This document shows positions 13,539 through 27,033 of a stretch of 64,000 nt of DNA, piece by piece (position 1 is the stretch's first letter; every line of letters starts with the position of its first letter). Below the pieces are notes generated by a model, which saw only the letters and a list, made by a program, of their open reading frames with translations, did not search any database and had not been told where the DNA came from. Source of the stretch: Amphiscolops sp. MND2022 (Eukaryota); contig OZ076409.1 in NCBI GenBank assembly GCA_964187785.1, forward strand, positions 73,224,001 to 73,288,000, given 5' to 3'. A program made the translations under genes and the position numbers.

Positions 13539-16500
13539 GTGGGCGGGGGTAATTCCCCAACAAAAAAATCGGCCGGCGGGTCGGGTCCTGCCGGCCGTCC
13601 AAAATCAAAATCCTCCTAGTAGAAAACGGCATGTCAAACGAGCTATTTTTTTATTTAACCATACGAATTTCACCATTTTTTGCATGCGGCCCTGAAATGG
13701 CCATACGAGACGAAGTTCCTGCTGACGTTTTGCGATGTAAATGTTTTATAAAAAGTTATGGCCGATTTGTCATTCACCTAGAAGGGTAAAATGAGGAAAA
13801 TTTTAACAAAGTCGCTGATAACTCAAAATGTGTTAATTTTTGGACTTTGACAGTGAAACAAGCTTGGAACTGTCATTTCGTGGCTGTGGCATTGCACTGA
13901 ACACAAAAGATGTAAAGTTTTCACATTTTTTGATAATTCGACATTTTTGATTTTTTTTTCACTACTATCAGTACACTATATGTCAAAAACGCCTCTGAAA
14001 AAAATTTTTATTTGCTTAAAATTAGAAACCTTGGTATCCATGGTTTCCGTCAGTACCTACTCGCTGCCAAACGCTCAACAGTTTGCATCCAATGTGAAAA
14101 TATAATTTTTTTCGAGGTCATAGGTGTTTCACAAGGATTTCTCAACTTAGTATCTATTTACAAATTGGTCATTTTGAACCCATTATTTTCATCGAAGCGT
14201 GTCAGATACTACCCTAATGCTCACGAATGGGCCTACTGGCAACGTTGGAACCATTTTTAGTAATAGAAAGTATTAAAAAAATATTTTCACCCGGTCTTCA
14301 GTCATTTTTCAGACATTCGGTACTTAACTTAGAAAAATTTCGCATCAAAAACCCATATTTGGTAGGGTCGAAATTTGAAATTCAGTTTTTTATGCAAAAT
14401 TATTAACTCTGACGTAACCAATGGAGCCCATGATACTCAAAAACACGATTGGGACTGGTATCAGTGGCTCCAATAACATATGAGCCGCGATAAGACGTTA
14501 TTCAGAGCAAACGCTCTAAATCGAAGTAAACATCTCTGAAGCCTGGGATCACAGTGAAATGTGATATCACCAAAAGTTTACTCTTTTTTGTCAATCACTA
14601 TGTACACAGAGTGCGTAGGGTGAGTTTCAGGACTATAATGAGGTTTTTGAAGTAATCGCGCTGCTCAAGGGGTGGTATGAGACTATTTTTTCCCATATAC
14701 TACTACATTTCCATAAATTTGCAGTCCATTGTCTTGGAAAGATAACTTCACAAAAACAATTTTTCTACTCTATTCAGTTATTAGAATAAAGTTGAACACT
14801 GTGGGTGATCAGAAATGCTCAATTCTTTTGGTTTTTAAAAAAAGTCCTTCGCATTCGTTACATTTGTGGAAGGAAGGTTATCAGTAGCTCCAAAAAAAAC
14901 GAAATTTAGCACGAACAGACATGCAACGATGCAAAGCAAAAACGTTTTTACAACTTCCGACGTCATTATTTTACCCAAGAAGTTCGAAAATATCATTCGC
15001 AATGCTGTCATTCGCTATATATACGATCGCGGTCAATTTACAAACATTTAGATTTCATTGTTCTGCTTGAAAACCAATTTTTGTCAGGTCGAAATTTTAA
15101 ATTTTACCTGGGGAGCAATACCCTTCACGCTGAAGTAAACAGTGGGGCCCAAGTTACTCAAAAACAAGAAAGAGACTGCTACAATATGTCCTAATAACAT
15201 ATGGACCACGATAGTACGTTTTTCACACAAAAAACTCTCATCCGAAGTAAATATGTTGAAAGCTTTTAATCACCGTGAGAAGTGATTTCATCAAAAAATA
15301 ACTCTTTTTTGTCAATCACTATTTACACAGAATTTGTAAAGTTAGTTTGAGTCATGAAATGAGGCTTTACCGTAATATGGGTTGCTCAAGGTGTTATATA
15401 AGACAAAAACTTCCTCTTTTCTACTAGCTTCTTCAAATATTTCAACCCTTTGTCACAATAAGTTAATATTCAAAATCTCTTTGAAATGTATCTTTATGTT
15501 GGGGTGAAGTCTAAGAACAATAACTATGATCGAAGAATGCTAGTACTGGTGTTTGAACCATGTCCGGATGAACAAATCACAAAATCATCAAAAAATTGTT
15601 CCCTTTTTTGGTTATTTTGGCAGTACTAAAAATGTTAGCCGATAAATAATTTTTTCGATGGCACCATTGGATTCCTCTCAAAAAGTTGGTTATATGACCT
15701 GTGTAATAACCCCGTATCTTTTCAATTTAAATATATTTAAAAAGCCAACTATTTTGACCAAAATCCTAAAAATCATACCATTTCCTAAAAATTTTCAAAT
15801 GCACCCCATTTGACGTATAAGATAAGCACAGAAAACTATCATATACCGATCAACTCTACTCCTATTGTAGATTATTAGAATTTTGTTTAGAATGAATTTT
15901 GATGAATAATAAAAAAATTTTGAACCCTCCAAAAATGGGCCAAAATTACACGAAAAAATTGACCTTAAAATACCAAAATGTCAAAAAATCATCAAAACCC
16001 AGGCTTCTTGGGGTTCTATCAACTCCGCGTGGTCCACAGAGTATGCTAAAACAGGTTTTACCCGTTTTTGAGCAATATGTGAAAAAGCCGACATTTTTGG
16101 GAAAGAAAAACATACCATTTCCTAAAAAAATTCAAATGCACGTCATTTGCCGTATTAGAATAGCACAGAAAACTATCACATACCTATCAACTCTACTTTC
16201 ATTGCAGATGAACAGAATTTTGTTTAGAATAAATTTTACCGGATAATAAAAAAATTTGAATCCTTCAAAAATGGGCCAAAAATGCACGAAAAAATGGACC
16301 TTAAAAATTTAAAATGTCAAAAAATCATCAAAACAACAGCTTCTTGGGGTTCTATCAACTCCACGAGGTCCACAGAGTATGCTAAAACAGGTTTTACCCG
16401 TTTTTGAGCAATATGTGAAAAAGCCGACATTTTTGGGAAAGAAAAACATACCATTTCCTAAAAAAATTCAAATGCACGCCATTTGCCGTATGAAAATAGC

Positions 16501-18299
16501 ACAGAAAACTATCACATACCAATCAACTCTACTTTCATTGCAGATGAACAGAATTTTGTTTAGAATAAACTTTACCGGATAATACAAAAATTTGATTCCT
16601 TCTAAAATGGGCCAAAATTACACGAAAAAATGGACCTTAAAATTTTAAAATGTCAAAAAATCATCAAAACCACGGCTTCTTGGGGTTCTATCAACTCCAC
16701 GTGGTCCACAGAGTATGCTTAACCCGGTTTTACCCATCTTTGAGCAAAATGTGAAAATACCGACATTTTTGGAAAAGAAAAACATGCCATTTTCTAATAA
16801 ATTTCAAATGCACGCCATTTGCTGTATGAGAATAACACAGAAAGCTGTCACATACCGATCAACTCTACTTCCATTGTAGATTATCAGAAGTTTGTTCAGA
16901 ATAAATTTTGAAGGATAATAAAAAAATTTGAATCCATCAAAAATTGGCCAAAATTACACGAAAAAATTGACCTTAAAATATCAAAATGTCAAAAAATCAT
17001 CAAAACCACAATTTCTTGGCGTTCTATCAACTCCATATGATACCAAACCAAGTACTGCCAATCGTTTGAGTTATAATAAAAAAACGTCTTTTTTGGCAAG
17101 AATTCCATACCATAAATAATAATCATGTTCCATATAAGAAGCGAATCATTTCAGATATATACCCTGTTCATTTTTTTAATATTACCGATTATTAATTTAT
17201 TAGATGTTTTGAATGTGAGCTTCCTAAAAGGTTCAGGTGTGATGATACGTAAATAGAACCTTAGTTTCATCGAAATCTCAATTGAATATGTCCAATCTTA
17301 ACCATCAGATAACAAGAAACACTTAAGTACATTCCATCTCCCCATCGGGGGAGATGAGAATGTACTTTCGAGAAGCCAAATACGTCCAACATTCAAACTT
17401 TTGTAACTTTGTATGTAACTCCTGAAACGAAGAAGGAATAAAATTGTTTCTGGTACATACATGAGTCTTTACTTCAGCTTCTATTTCTGCTGAACAAAAC
17501 CATTCGACTCTTTTGCCGGAGTTAAGATCGATTGTATTACCCAGTGAACAAAGGCATGACTGAAAACGTTTACTACTTTGTTCATAATTTTCCGGCCTTC
17601 CGAAATGATGAAACGTCCACATAACTAAGATAGCAAGTGAATGACTGCGAAATGCACCTTATTAGATGAGGTAAATAACGTGTAAAACTCTCCTTTATCC
17701 TAACATGAGGTTGAGTAATGATCATTTGAGAATAGTTTGATATGTGAATACAATAGTATAAAACAAGTACATTTTATATGAATAACGCCGTGGAAAGCGT
17801 TCAGAAAGGACAGTAGGCTTGTTTGGAACATGTATGTGTGGTGTCCCTTGGTGGCGTTCGCTTAGTGTATATGTCGAGGGGTATTCGAGTTGTTATGATA
17901 GAATTTACACACAAGTCTTTTGTTTTTTGGTTTTTTTAAAATGTCGTTAAGTACCTGCATTCTATCCCCTTCTCAGAGATGACGTGAAGTTACGTTTGCT
18001 AAATAAATGTCATCGAAAGATCACACTCCCGACGAAATTAACTATCTTAACACGTGTTTAGAATTTTAAATAAACAACCGTATAAGATTTTTATATTTCA
18101 TTGAGTTTGATGAAGTCTTTTGTTCTTCTCACTACTATTTCAACCAATACACATATCCGTTACCATATCACATGTCTCCATTAGTACAACGCCACATAGC
18201 GTTCCGACGCCCACAGTCTGTGGGCATGCCAAGGCATGCCCTTCGACGACGTATGGCAAATGGAGCCATGCCCGCCGTCTTTACGGCGGTAGCGGCTAG
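13539..18299 (+). mobile_element. Unit 3: long class, subfamily A (4761 bp)
   Basis: Junction-bounded and almost identical to 20288-25048. Confidence 0.75.
15770..17050 (+). repeat. Internal 336-bp tandem repeat (~3.8 copies)
   Basis: Same monomer as 1470-2760. Confidence 0.88.
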
Positions 18300-20287
18300 G
18301 TGGGCGGGGGTAATTCCCCAACAAAAAAATCGGCCGGCGGGTCGGGTCCTGCCGGCCGTCCAAAATCAAAATTATACTAGTAGAAAACGGCCGGTCAAAC
18401 GAGCTATTTTTTTATTTAACCGTTAGAATTTGGGTTTAGATTGCATGCGGCCATGAAATGGCCATACGAATTGAAGTTCCTGCTGACGTTTTGCGATTGA
18501 AACACTTTATAAAAAGTTATGGCCAATTTGTCAGTCACCTAGAAGGGCAAAATGAGGAAAATTTTAACAAAGTCGCTGATATCTCAAAATGTGTTAATTT
18601 TTGGACTTTGACTGTGAAACAAGCTTGGAACCTTCATTTCGTGGCTGTGGCATTGCACTGAACACAAAAGCTGTAAAGTTTTCACATTTTTTGAAAATTC
18701 GACATTTTTGAAATTTTTTTCACTACTATCAGTACCCCATATGTCAAAAACACCTCAGAAAAATTTTTTTATTTGCTTTAAGTTGGAAACCTTGGTATCC
18801 ATGGTTTCTGTCGGAACCTACTCGCAGCCAAACACCCAACAGTTTGCATCCAATGTGAAATAAAAAATTTTTTCGAGGTCATAAGCGTTTCACAAGGTTT
18901 TCATGATTTAGTATTAAATTACATAGTGGTCATTTTAAACATAAAATTTTGGTCCAGGCATGTCGGATATAGTCTGAATGCTCACGAACGGTCCTACTGG
19001 CAACGTAGGAACCATTTATAGTAATAAAAAGTATTAAAAATTTTTTTTCACCCGGTCTTCAGTCATTTTTCAGATATTCGGAACTTAACTTAGAAAATTT
19101 TCGAACCAAATACCCATTTTTTGTCAGGTCGAAAATTGAAATTCAGCTATTAAAGCAAAATTTTTTACTCTGACGTAACCAGTGGGGTCCATGATACTCA
19201 AAAATACGATTGGGACTGGTACCAATGGCTCCTATATCATATGAGCCGCGATAAGACGTTATTTTGAGCAATACGTCTCAATTGAGGTAAACATCTCGCA
19301 AGCCTGGGATCACAGTGAAATGTAATTTCATCAAAAAATTACTCATTTTCGTCAATCACTATGTGCATAGAGTGGGTAGGGTGAGTTCCAACACTATAAT
19401 GAGGTTTTTGAAGGCATCGGGTTGCTCAAGGGGTGGTATGAGTCATTACTTTCCTATATACAACTGTATTTTCAAAAACTTTTAGCCCATTATCTGGAAA
19501 AACTAACTTGACAAAATACTTTCAATTACTTTATTCAATGGTTACAATATAGATGAACACTGTGGTTGATCAGAAACTTTCATCTCTTTCGTTTTCCGAA
19601 ATAACTCCTTTCAAATGTGTTACATTTGTAGCAGGAAAAAAAACTGAAACTAAAAAATACGCGATTTTGCTGAGATAGAATCGCAATGGTTGCGCCTAAA
19701 ATCTCTTTAAAAACTTCTAACGCAACCTTACGGACCCAAAATGATTGAAAATGCCATTCACAATGCTGACATGTGCTCTTTCTACGATCCTGGCTGGACA
19801 AGTTTTGCATTTTTTTCAAGTACCTGTTAACTGAACATTGTGATAGCCTTTCAAGTTGGCCTTGTGTCAACTTGGGAAGGCTGTCACATCAAAAAACTGT
19901 CAACAAAAATACCATTTGTTTATAGGATATTGCTGTCGATGCTTCACTTCGTGATTCGATCATGTCGTGAGTTCCTTCCATCAGGTCAGCTAACATTTGG
20001 ATTCAGTGTTGGATAAGAACCTATGATTTTCATGACAATTTTCGTTTTTTTTTGCCAACAAAAAGTACAAATAAATGATATAAAACATATTTGTAACCTC
20101 TAGGAAGTTTAACTTTACCTTTTTTACCGTTACCATCACAACCCACCCCCTACGACCTCGCAGTGTCCTCATTACAACGCCACGAAGTGTTGCGACGTCC
20201 ACCGTCTGTGGGCATGCCGAGGCATGCCCTTCGACGACGTATGCCAAAAATAGCGCCCTCCGCGGTCACTACCGCGGTAGCAGCTAG
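18300..20287 (+). mobile_element. Unit 4: 2-kb class, family S (1988 bp)
   Basis: Junction-bounded, with H2 at 19842-19885 and 3' hairpin CCGCGGT-cact-ACCGCGG. The body closely matches unit 11. Confidence 0.75.
19839..19888 (+). other. Bulged hairpin H2 (TGT-GATAGCCTTT-YAAGTTGGC-cttgt-GTCAACTTG-G-GAAGGCTRTC-ACA)
   Basis: An inverted repeat with G.T pairs and one extra base in the right arm. The 44-nt cores start at 19842, 26590, 33340, 35335, 37291, 39294, 41283, 49337, 51330, 53313, 55296, 58559, 60543 and 62495. Confidence 0.85.
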
Positions 20288-23200
20288 GTGGGCGGGGGTA
20301 ATTCCCCAACAAAAAAATCGGCCGGCGGGTCGGGTCCTGCCGGCCGTCCAAAATCAAAATCCTCCTAGTAGAAAACGGCATGTCAAACGAGCTATTTTTT
20401 TATTTAACCATACGAATTTCACCATTTTTTGCATGCGGCCCTGAAATGGCCATACGAGACGAAGTTCCTGCTGACGTTTTGCGATGTAAATGTTTTATAA
20501 AAAGTTATGGCCGATTTGTCATTCACCTAGAAGGGTAAAATGAGGAAAATTTTAACAAAGTCGCTGATAACTCAAAATGTGTTAATTTTTGGACTTTGAC
20601 AGTGAAACAAGCTTGGAACTGTCATTTCGTGGCTGTGGCATTGCACTGAACACAAAAGATGTAAAGTTTTCACATTTTTTGATAATTCGACATTTTTGAT
20701 TTTTTTTTCACTACTATCAGTACACTATATGTCAAAAACGCCTCTGAAAAAAATTTTTATTTGCTTAAAATTAGAAACCTTGGTATCCATGGTTTCCGTC
20801 AGTACCTACTCGCTGCCAAACGCTCAACAGTTTGCATCCAATGTGAAAATATAATTTTTTTCGAGGTCATAGGTGTTTCACAAGGATTTCTCAACTTAGT
20901 ATCTATTTACAAATTGGTCATTTTGAACCCATTATTTTCATCGAAGCGTGTCAGATACTACCCTAATGCTCACGAATGGGCCTACTGGCAACGTTGGAAC
21001 CATTTTTAGTAATAGAAAGTATTAAAAAAATATTTTCACCCGGTCTTCAGTCATTTTTCAGACATTCGGTACTTAACTTAGAAAAATTTCGCATCAAAAA
21101 CCCATATTTGGTAGGGTCGAAATTTGAAATTCAGTTTTTTATGCAAAATTATTAACTCTGACGTAACCAATGGAGCCCATGATACTCAAAAACACGATTG
21201 GGACTGGTATCAGTGGCTCCAATAACATATGAGCCGCGATAAGACGTTATTCAGAGCAAACGCTCTAAATCGAAGTAAACATCTCTGAAGCCTGGGATCA
21301 CAGTGAAATGTGATATCACCAAAAGTTTACTCTTTTTTGTCAATCACTATGTACACAGAGTGCGTAGGGTGAGTTTCAGGACTATAATGAGGTTTTTGAA
21401 GTAATCGCGCTGCTCAAGGGGTGGTATGAGACTATTTTTTCCCATATACTACTACATTTCCATAAATTTGCAGTCCATTGTCTTGGAAAGATAACTTCAC
21501 AAAAACAATTTTTCTACTCTATTCAGTTATTAGAATAAAGTTGAACACTGTGGGTGATCAGAAATGCTCAATTCTTTTGGTTTTTAAAAAAAGTCCTTCG
21601 CATTCGTTACATTTGTGGAAGGAAGGTTATCAGTAGCTCCAAAAAAAACGAAATTTAGCACGAACAGACATGCAACGATGCAAAGCAAAAACGTTTTTAC
21701 AACTTCCGACGTCATTATTTTACCCAAGAAGTTCGAAAATATCATTCGCAATGCTGTCATTCGCTATATATACGATCGCGGTCAATTTACAAACATTTAG
21801 ATTTCATTGTTCTGCTTGAAAACCAATTTTTGTCAGGTCGAAATTTTAAATTTTACCTGGGGAGCAATACCCTTCACGCTGAAGTAAACAGTGGGGCCCA
21901 AGTTACTCAAAAACAAGAAAGAGACTGCTACAATATGTCCTAATAACATATGGACCACGATAGTACGTTTTTCACACAAAAAACTCTCATCCGAAGTAAA
22001 TATGTTGAAAGCTTTTAATCACCGTGAGAAGTGATTTCATCAAAAAATAACTCTTTTTTGTCAATCACTATTTACACAGAATTTGTAAAGTTAGTTTGAG
22101 TCATGAAATGAGGCTTTACCGTAATATGGGTTGCTCAAGGTGTTATATAAGACAAAAACTTCCTCTTTTCTACTAGCTTCTTCAAATATTTCAACCCTTT
22201 GTCACAATAAGTTAATATTCAAAATCTCTTTGAAATGTATCTTTATGTTGGGGTGAAGTCTAAGAACAATAACTATGATCGAAGAATGCTAGTACTGGTG
22301 TTTGAACCATGTCCGGATGAACAAATCACAAAATCATCAAAAAATTGTTCCCTTTTTTGGTTATTTTGGCAGTACTAAAAATGTTAGCCGATAAATAATT
22401 TTTTCGATGGCACCATTGGATTCCTCTCAAAAAGTTGGTTATATGACCTGTGTAATAACCCCGTATCTTTTCAATTTAAATATATTTAAAAAGCCAACTA
22501 TTTTGACCAAAATCCTAAAAATCATACCATTTCCTAAAAATTTTCAAATGCACCCCATTTGACGTATAAGATAAGCACAGAAAACTATCATATACCGATC
22601 AACTCTACTCCTATTGTAGATTATTAGAATTTTGTTTAGAATGAATTTTGATGAATAATAAAAAAATTTTGAACCCTCCAAAAATGGGCCAAAATTACAC
22701 GAAAAAATTGACCTTAAAATACCAAAATGTCAAAAAATCATCAAAACCCAGGCTTCTTGGGGTTCTATCAACTCCGCGTGGTCCACAGAGTATGCTAAAA
22801 CAGGTTTTACCCGTTTTTGAGCAATATGTGAAAAAGCCGACATTTTTGGGAAAGAAAAACATACCATTTCCTAAAAAAATTCAAATGCACGTCATTTGCC
22901 GTATTAGAATAGCACAGAAAACTATCACATACCTATCAACTCTACTTTCATTGCAGATGAACAGAATTTTGTTTAGAATAAATTTTACCGGATAATAAAA
23001 AAATTTGAATCCTTCAAAAATGGGCCAAAAATGCACGAAAAAATGGACCTTAAAAATTTAAAATGTCAAAAAATCATCAAAACAACAGCTTCTTGGGGTT
23101 CTATCAACTCCACGAGGTCCACAGAGTATGCTAAAACAGGTTTTACCCGTTTTTGAGCAATATGTGAAAAAGCCGACATTTTTGGGAAAGAAAAACATAC

Positions 23201-25048
23201 CATTTCCTAAAAAAATTCAAATGCACGCCATTTGCCGTATGAAAATAGCACAGAAAACTATCACATACCAATCAACTCTACTTTCATTGCAGATGAACAG
23301 AATTTTGTTTAGAATAAACTTTACCGGATAATACAAAAATTTGATTCCTTCTAAAATGGGCCAAAATTACACGAAAAAATGGACCTTAAAATTTTAAAAT
23401 GTCAAAAAATCATCAAAACCACGGCTTCTTGGGGTTCTATCAACTCCACGTGGTCCACAGAGTATGCTTAACCCGGTTTTACCCATCTTTGAGCAAAATG
23501 TGAAAATACCGACATTTTTGGAAAAGAAAAACATGCCATTTTCTAATAAATTTCAAATGCACGCCATTTGCTGTATGAGAATAACACAGAAAGCTGTCAC
23601 ATACCGATCAACTCTACTTCCATTGTAGATTATCAGAAGTTTGTTCAGAATAAATTTTGAAGGATAATAAAAAAATTTGAATCCATCAAAAATTGGCCAA
23701 AATTACACGAAAAAATTGACCTTAAAATATCAAAATGTCAAAAAATCATCAAAACCACAATTTCTTGGCGTTCTATCAACTCCATATGATACCAAACCAA
23801 GTACTGCCAATCGTTTGAGTTATAATAAAAAAACGTCTTTTTTGGCAAGAATTCCATACCATAAATAATAATCATGTTCCATATAAGAAGCGAATCATTT
23901 CAGATATATACCCTGTTCATTTTTTTAATATTACCGATTATTAATTTATTAGATGTTTTGAATGTGAGCTTCCTAAAAGGTTCAGGTGTGATGATACGTA
24001 AATAGAACCTTAGTTTCATCGAAATCTCAATTGAATATGTCCAATCTTAACCATCAGATAACAAGAAACACTTAAGTACATTCCATCTCCCCATCGGGGG
24101 AGATGAGAATGTACTTTCGAGAAGCCAAATACGTCCAACATTCAAAGTTTTGTAACTTTGTATGTAACTCCTGAAACGAAGAAGGAATAAAATTGTTTCT
24201 GGTACATACATGAGTCTTTACTTCAGCTTCTATTTCTGCTGAACAAAACCATTCGACTCTTTTGCCGGAGTTAAGATCGATTGTATTACCCAGTGAACAA
24301 AGGCATGACTGAAAACGTTTACTACTTTGTTCATAATTTTCCGGCCTTCCGAAATGATGAAACGTCCACATAACTAAGATAGCAAGTGAATGACTGCGAA
24401 ATGCACCTTATTAGATGAGGTAAATAACGTGTAAAACTCTCCTTTATCCTAACATGAGGTTGAGTAATGATCATTTGAGAATAGTTTGATATGTGAATAC
24501 AATAGTATAAAACAAGTACATTTTATATGAATAACGCCGTGGAAAGCGTTCAGAAAGGACAGTAGGCTTGTTTGGAACATGTATGTGTGGTGTCCCTTGG
24601 TGGCGTTCGCTTAGTGTATATGTCGAGGGGTATTCGAGTTGTTATGATAGAATTTACACACAAGTCTTTTGTTTTTTGGTTTTTTTAAAATGTCGTTAAG
24701 TACCTGCATTCTATCCCCTTCTCAGAGATGACGTGAAGTTACGTTTGCTAAATAAATGTCATCGAAAGATCACACTCCCGACGAAATTAACTATCTTAAC
24801 ACGTGTTTAGAATTTTAAATAAACAACCGTATAAGATTTTTATATTTCATTGAGTTTGATGAAGTCTTTTGTTCTTCTCACTACTATTTCAACCAATACA
24901 CATATCCGTTACCATATCACATGTCTCCATTAGTACAACGCCACATAGCGTTCCGACGCCCACAGTCTGTGGGCATGCCAAGGCATGCCCTTCGACGACG
25001 TATGGCAAATGGAGCCATGCCCGCCGTCTTTACGGCGGTAGCGGCTAG
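20288..25048 (+). mobile_element. Unit 5: long class, subfamily A (4761 bp)
   Basis: Junction-bounded and nearly identical to unit 3, including the AA-centred palindrome variant. Confidence 0.75.
22519..23800 (+). repeat. Internal 336-bp tandem repeat (~3.8 copies)
   Basis: Same monomer as 1470-2760. Confidence 0.88.
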
Positions 25049-27033
25049 GTGGGCGGGGGTAATTCCCCAACAAAAATTACGGCCGGCGGGTTGGGTCCTG
25101 CCGGACGTCAAATAGCAAAGAATATCTAGTAGGAAACGGCGACACAGAATCGCGATTTTTAAATCTAACCACAATTTTTTGGACTTGGAGTGCATGCGGC
25201 CCTGAAATGCCCATACGAATCGAAGTTCCTGCTGACGTTAAGCGATTGAAATAATATATAAAAAGTTATGGCCCATTTTTCACTCACATAGAAGGGTAAA
25301 ATGAGGAAATTTTTAACAAAGTCGCTGATAACTCAAAATGTGTTAATTTTTGGACATTGACTGTGAAACAAGCTTGGAACCTTCATTTCGTGGCTGTGGC
25401 ATTGCACTGAACACAAAAGATGTAAAGTTTTTACATTTTTTGAAAATTCGACATTTTTGAAATTTTTTTCACTACTATCAGTACACTATATGTCAAAAAC
25501 GCCTCAGAAAAAATTTTTTATTTGCTTTAAATTGGAAACCTTGGTATCCATGGTTTCTGTCGGATCCTACTCGCAGTCAAACACCCAACAGTTTGCATCC
25601 AATGTGGAAATAAAAATTTTTTCGGGGTCATAAGCGTTTCACAAGGATTTCTCAACTTAGTTTCAATTTACAAATTGGTCACATTGAACACATTATTTTC
25701 ATCGAAGCGCGTCAGATACCGCCCTAAAGCTCACGAACGGTCCTACTGGCAACGTAGCAACCATTTATAGTAATATAAAAGATTTAAAAAATTTTTTCAC
25801 CCGGTCTTCAGTCATTTTTCAGTCATTCGGAACTTAACTTAGAAAAATTTCGACCAAAATACCCATTTTTTGTCAGGTCGAAAAATCAAATTCAGATTTT
25901 TAAGCAAAATTATTAACTCTGACGTAACTCATGGGGCCCATGATACTCAAAACAACGATTGACACTGGTATCAATGGCTCCAATAACATATGAGTCGCGA
26001 TCGGACGTTATTTTGAGCAATACGTCTCAATTGAGGTAAAGATCTCGCAAGCCAGCGATCACTGTCAAATGTGATTTCATCAAAAATTTACTCATTTTTG
26101 TCAATCATTATGTGCACAGAATGCGTAGGGTGCGTTTCAGCACTATAATGAGGTTTTTGAATGCATCGAGTTGCTCAAGGGGTGGTACGAGACATTTTTG
26201 TCCCATATACTACTGTATTTTCCAAAATTTTTAGCCCAATATCTGGAAATACAACCTTGACAAAATACTTTCAACTATTTTATTCAAAGGTTACAATATA
26301 GATGAACACTGTGGTTGATCAGAAACTTTCATCTCTTTCGTTTTCCGAAATATTTTCCTTCGCATGTGTTAAATTTGTATCAGAAAAAAAATCGAAACTG
26401 AAAAATACGCTATTTTGCTAATATAGAATCGCAATGATTGTGCCTAAAAACTCTTTAAACACTTCTAACGCGACCTTACGCACCCAAAATGATCGAAAAT
26501 GCTATTCACAATGGTGACATGTGCTCTTTCAACGATCCTGGCTGGACAAGGTTTGCATATTTTTCAAGTACCTGTCAGCTGAATCTTGTGATAGCCTTTT
26601 AAGTTGGCCTTGTGTCAACTTGGGAAGGCTATCACATCAAACAACCATCAACAAAAATAATTTTTGTTTATTGGATATTACAGTTGATACCTTATTTCGT
26701 GATTCTATACTACCGTTAGTATATTCCATGAGGTCACCTTACGATTGCATTCAGACTTTGATGAAAACCTATGAACTCAAAGTCACATTTATATATTTTT
26801 TGCCCAAAAAAATCATCAAAAACATCTAATATATATAAAATTGAGTCTTTAACTTTTTTACGTTTCAAGTTTCTGCCGTTATTAAGCCAATCAACTTCCT
26901 ACAGCCACGCTCTCTGTCATACTGTACAACGCCACATAGTGTTGCGACGTGCACGGTCTGTGGGCATGCCGAGGCATGCCCTTCGACGACGTATGCCGAA
27001 TACCGCGGGCCTATGCCCGCGCTCCCCGGCTAG
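25049..27033 (+). mobile_element. Unit 6: 2-kb class, family S (1985 bp)
   Basis: Junction-bounded, with H2 at 26590-26633 and 3' hairpin CGCGGGC-ctat-GCCCGCG. Confidence 0.75.
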
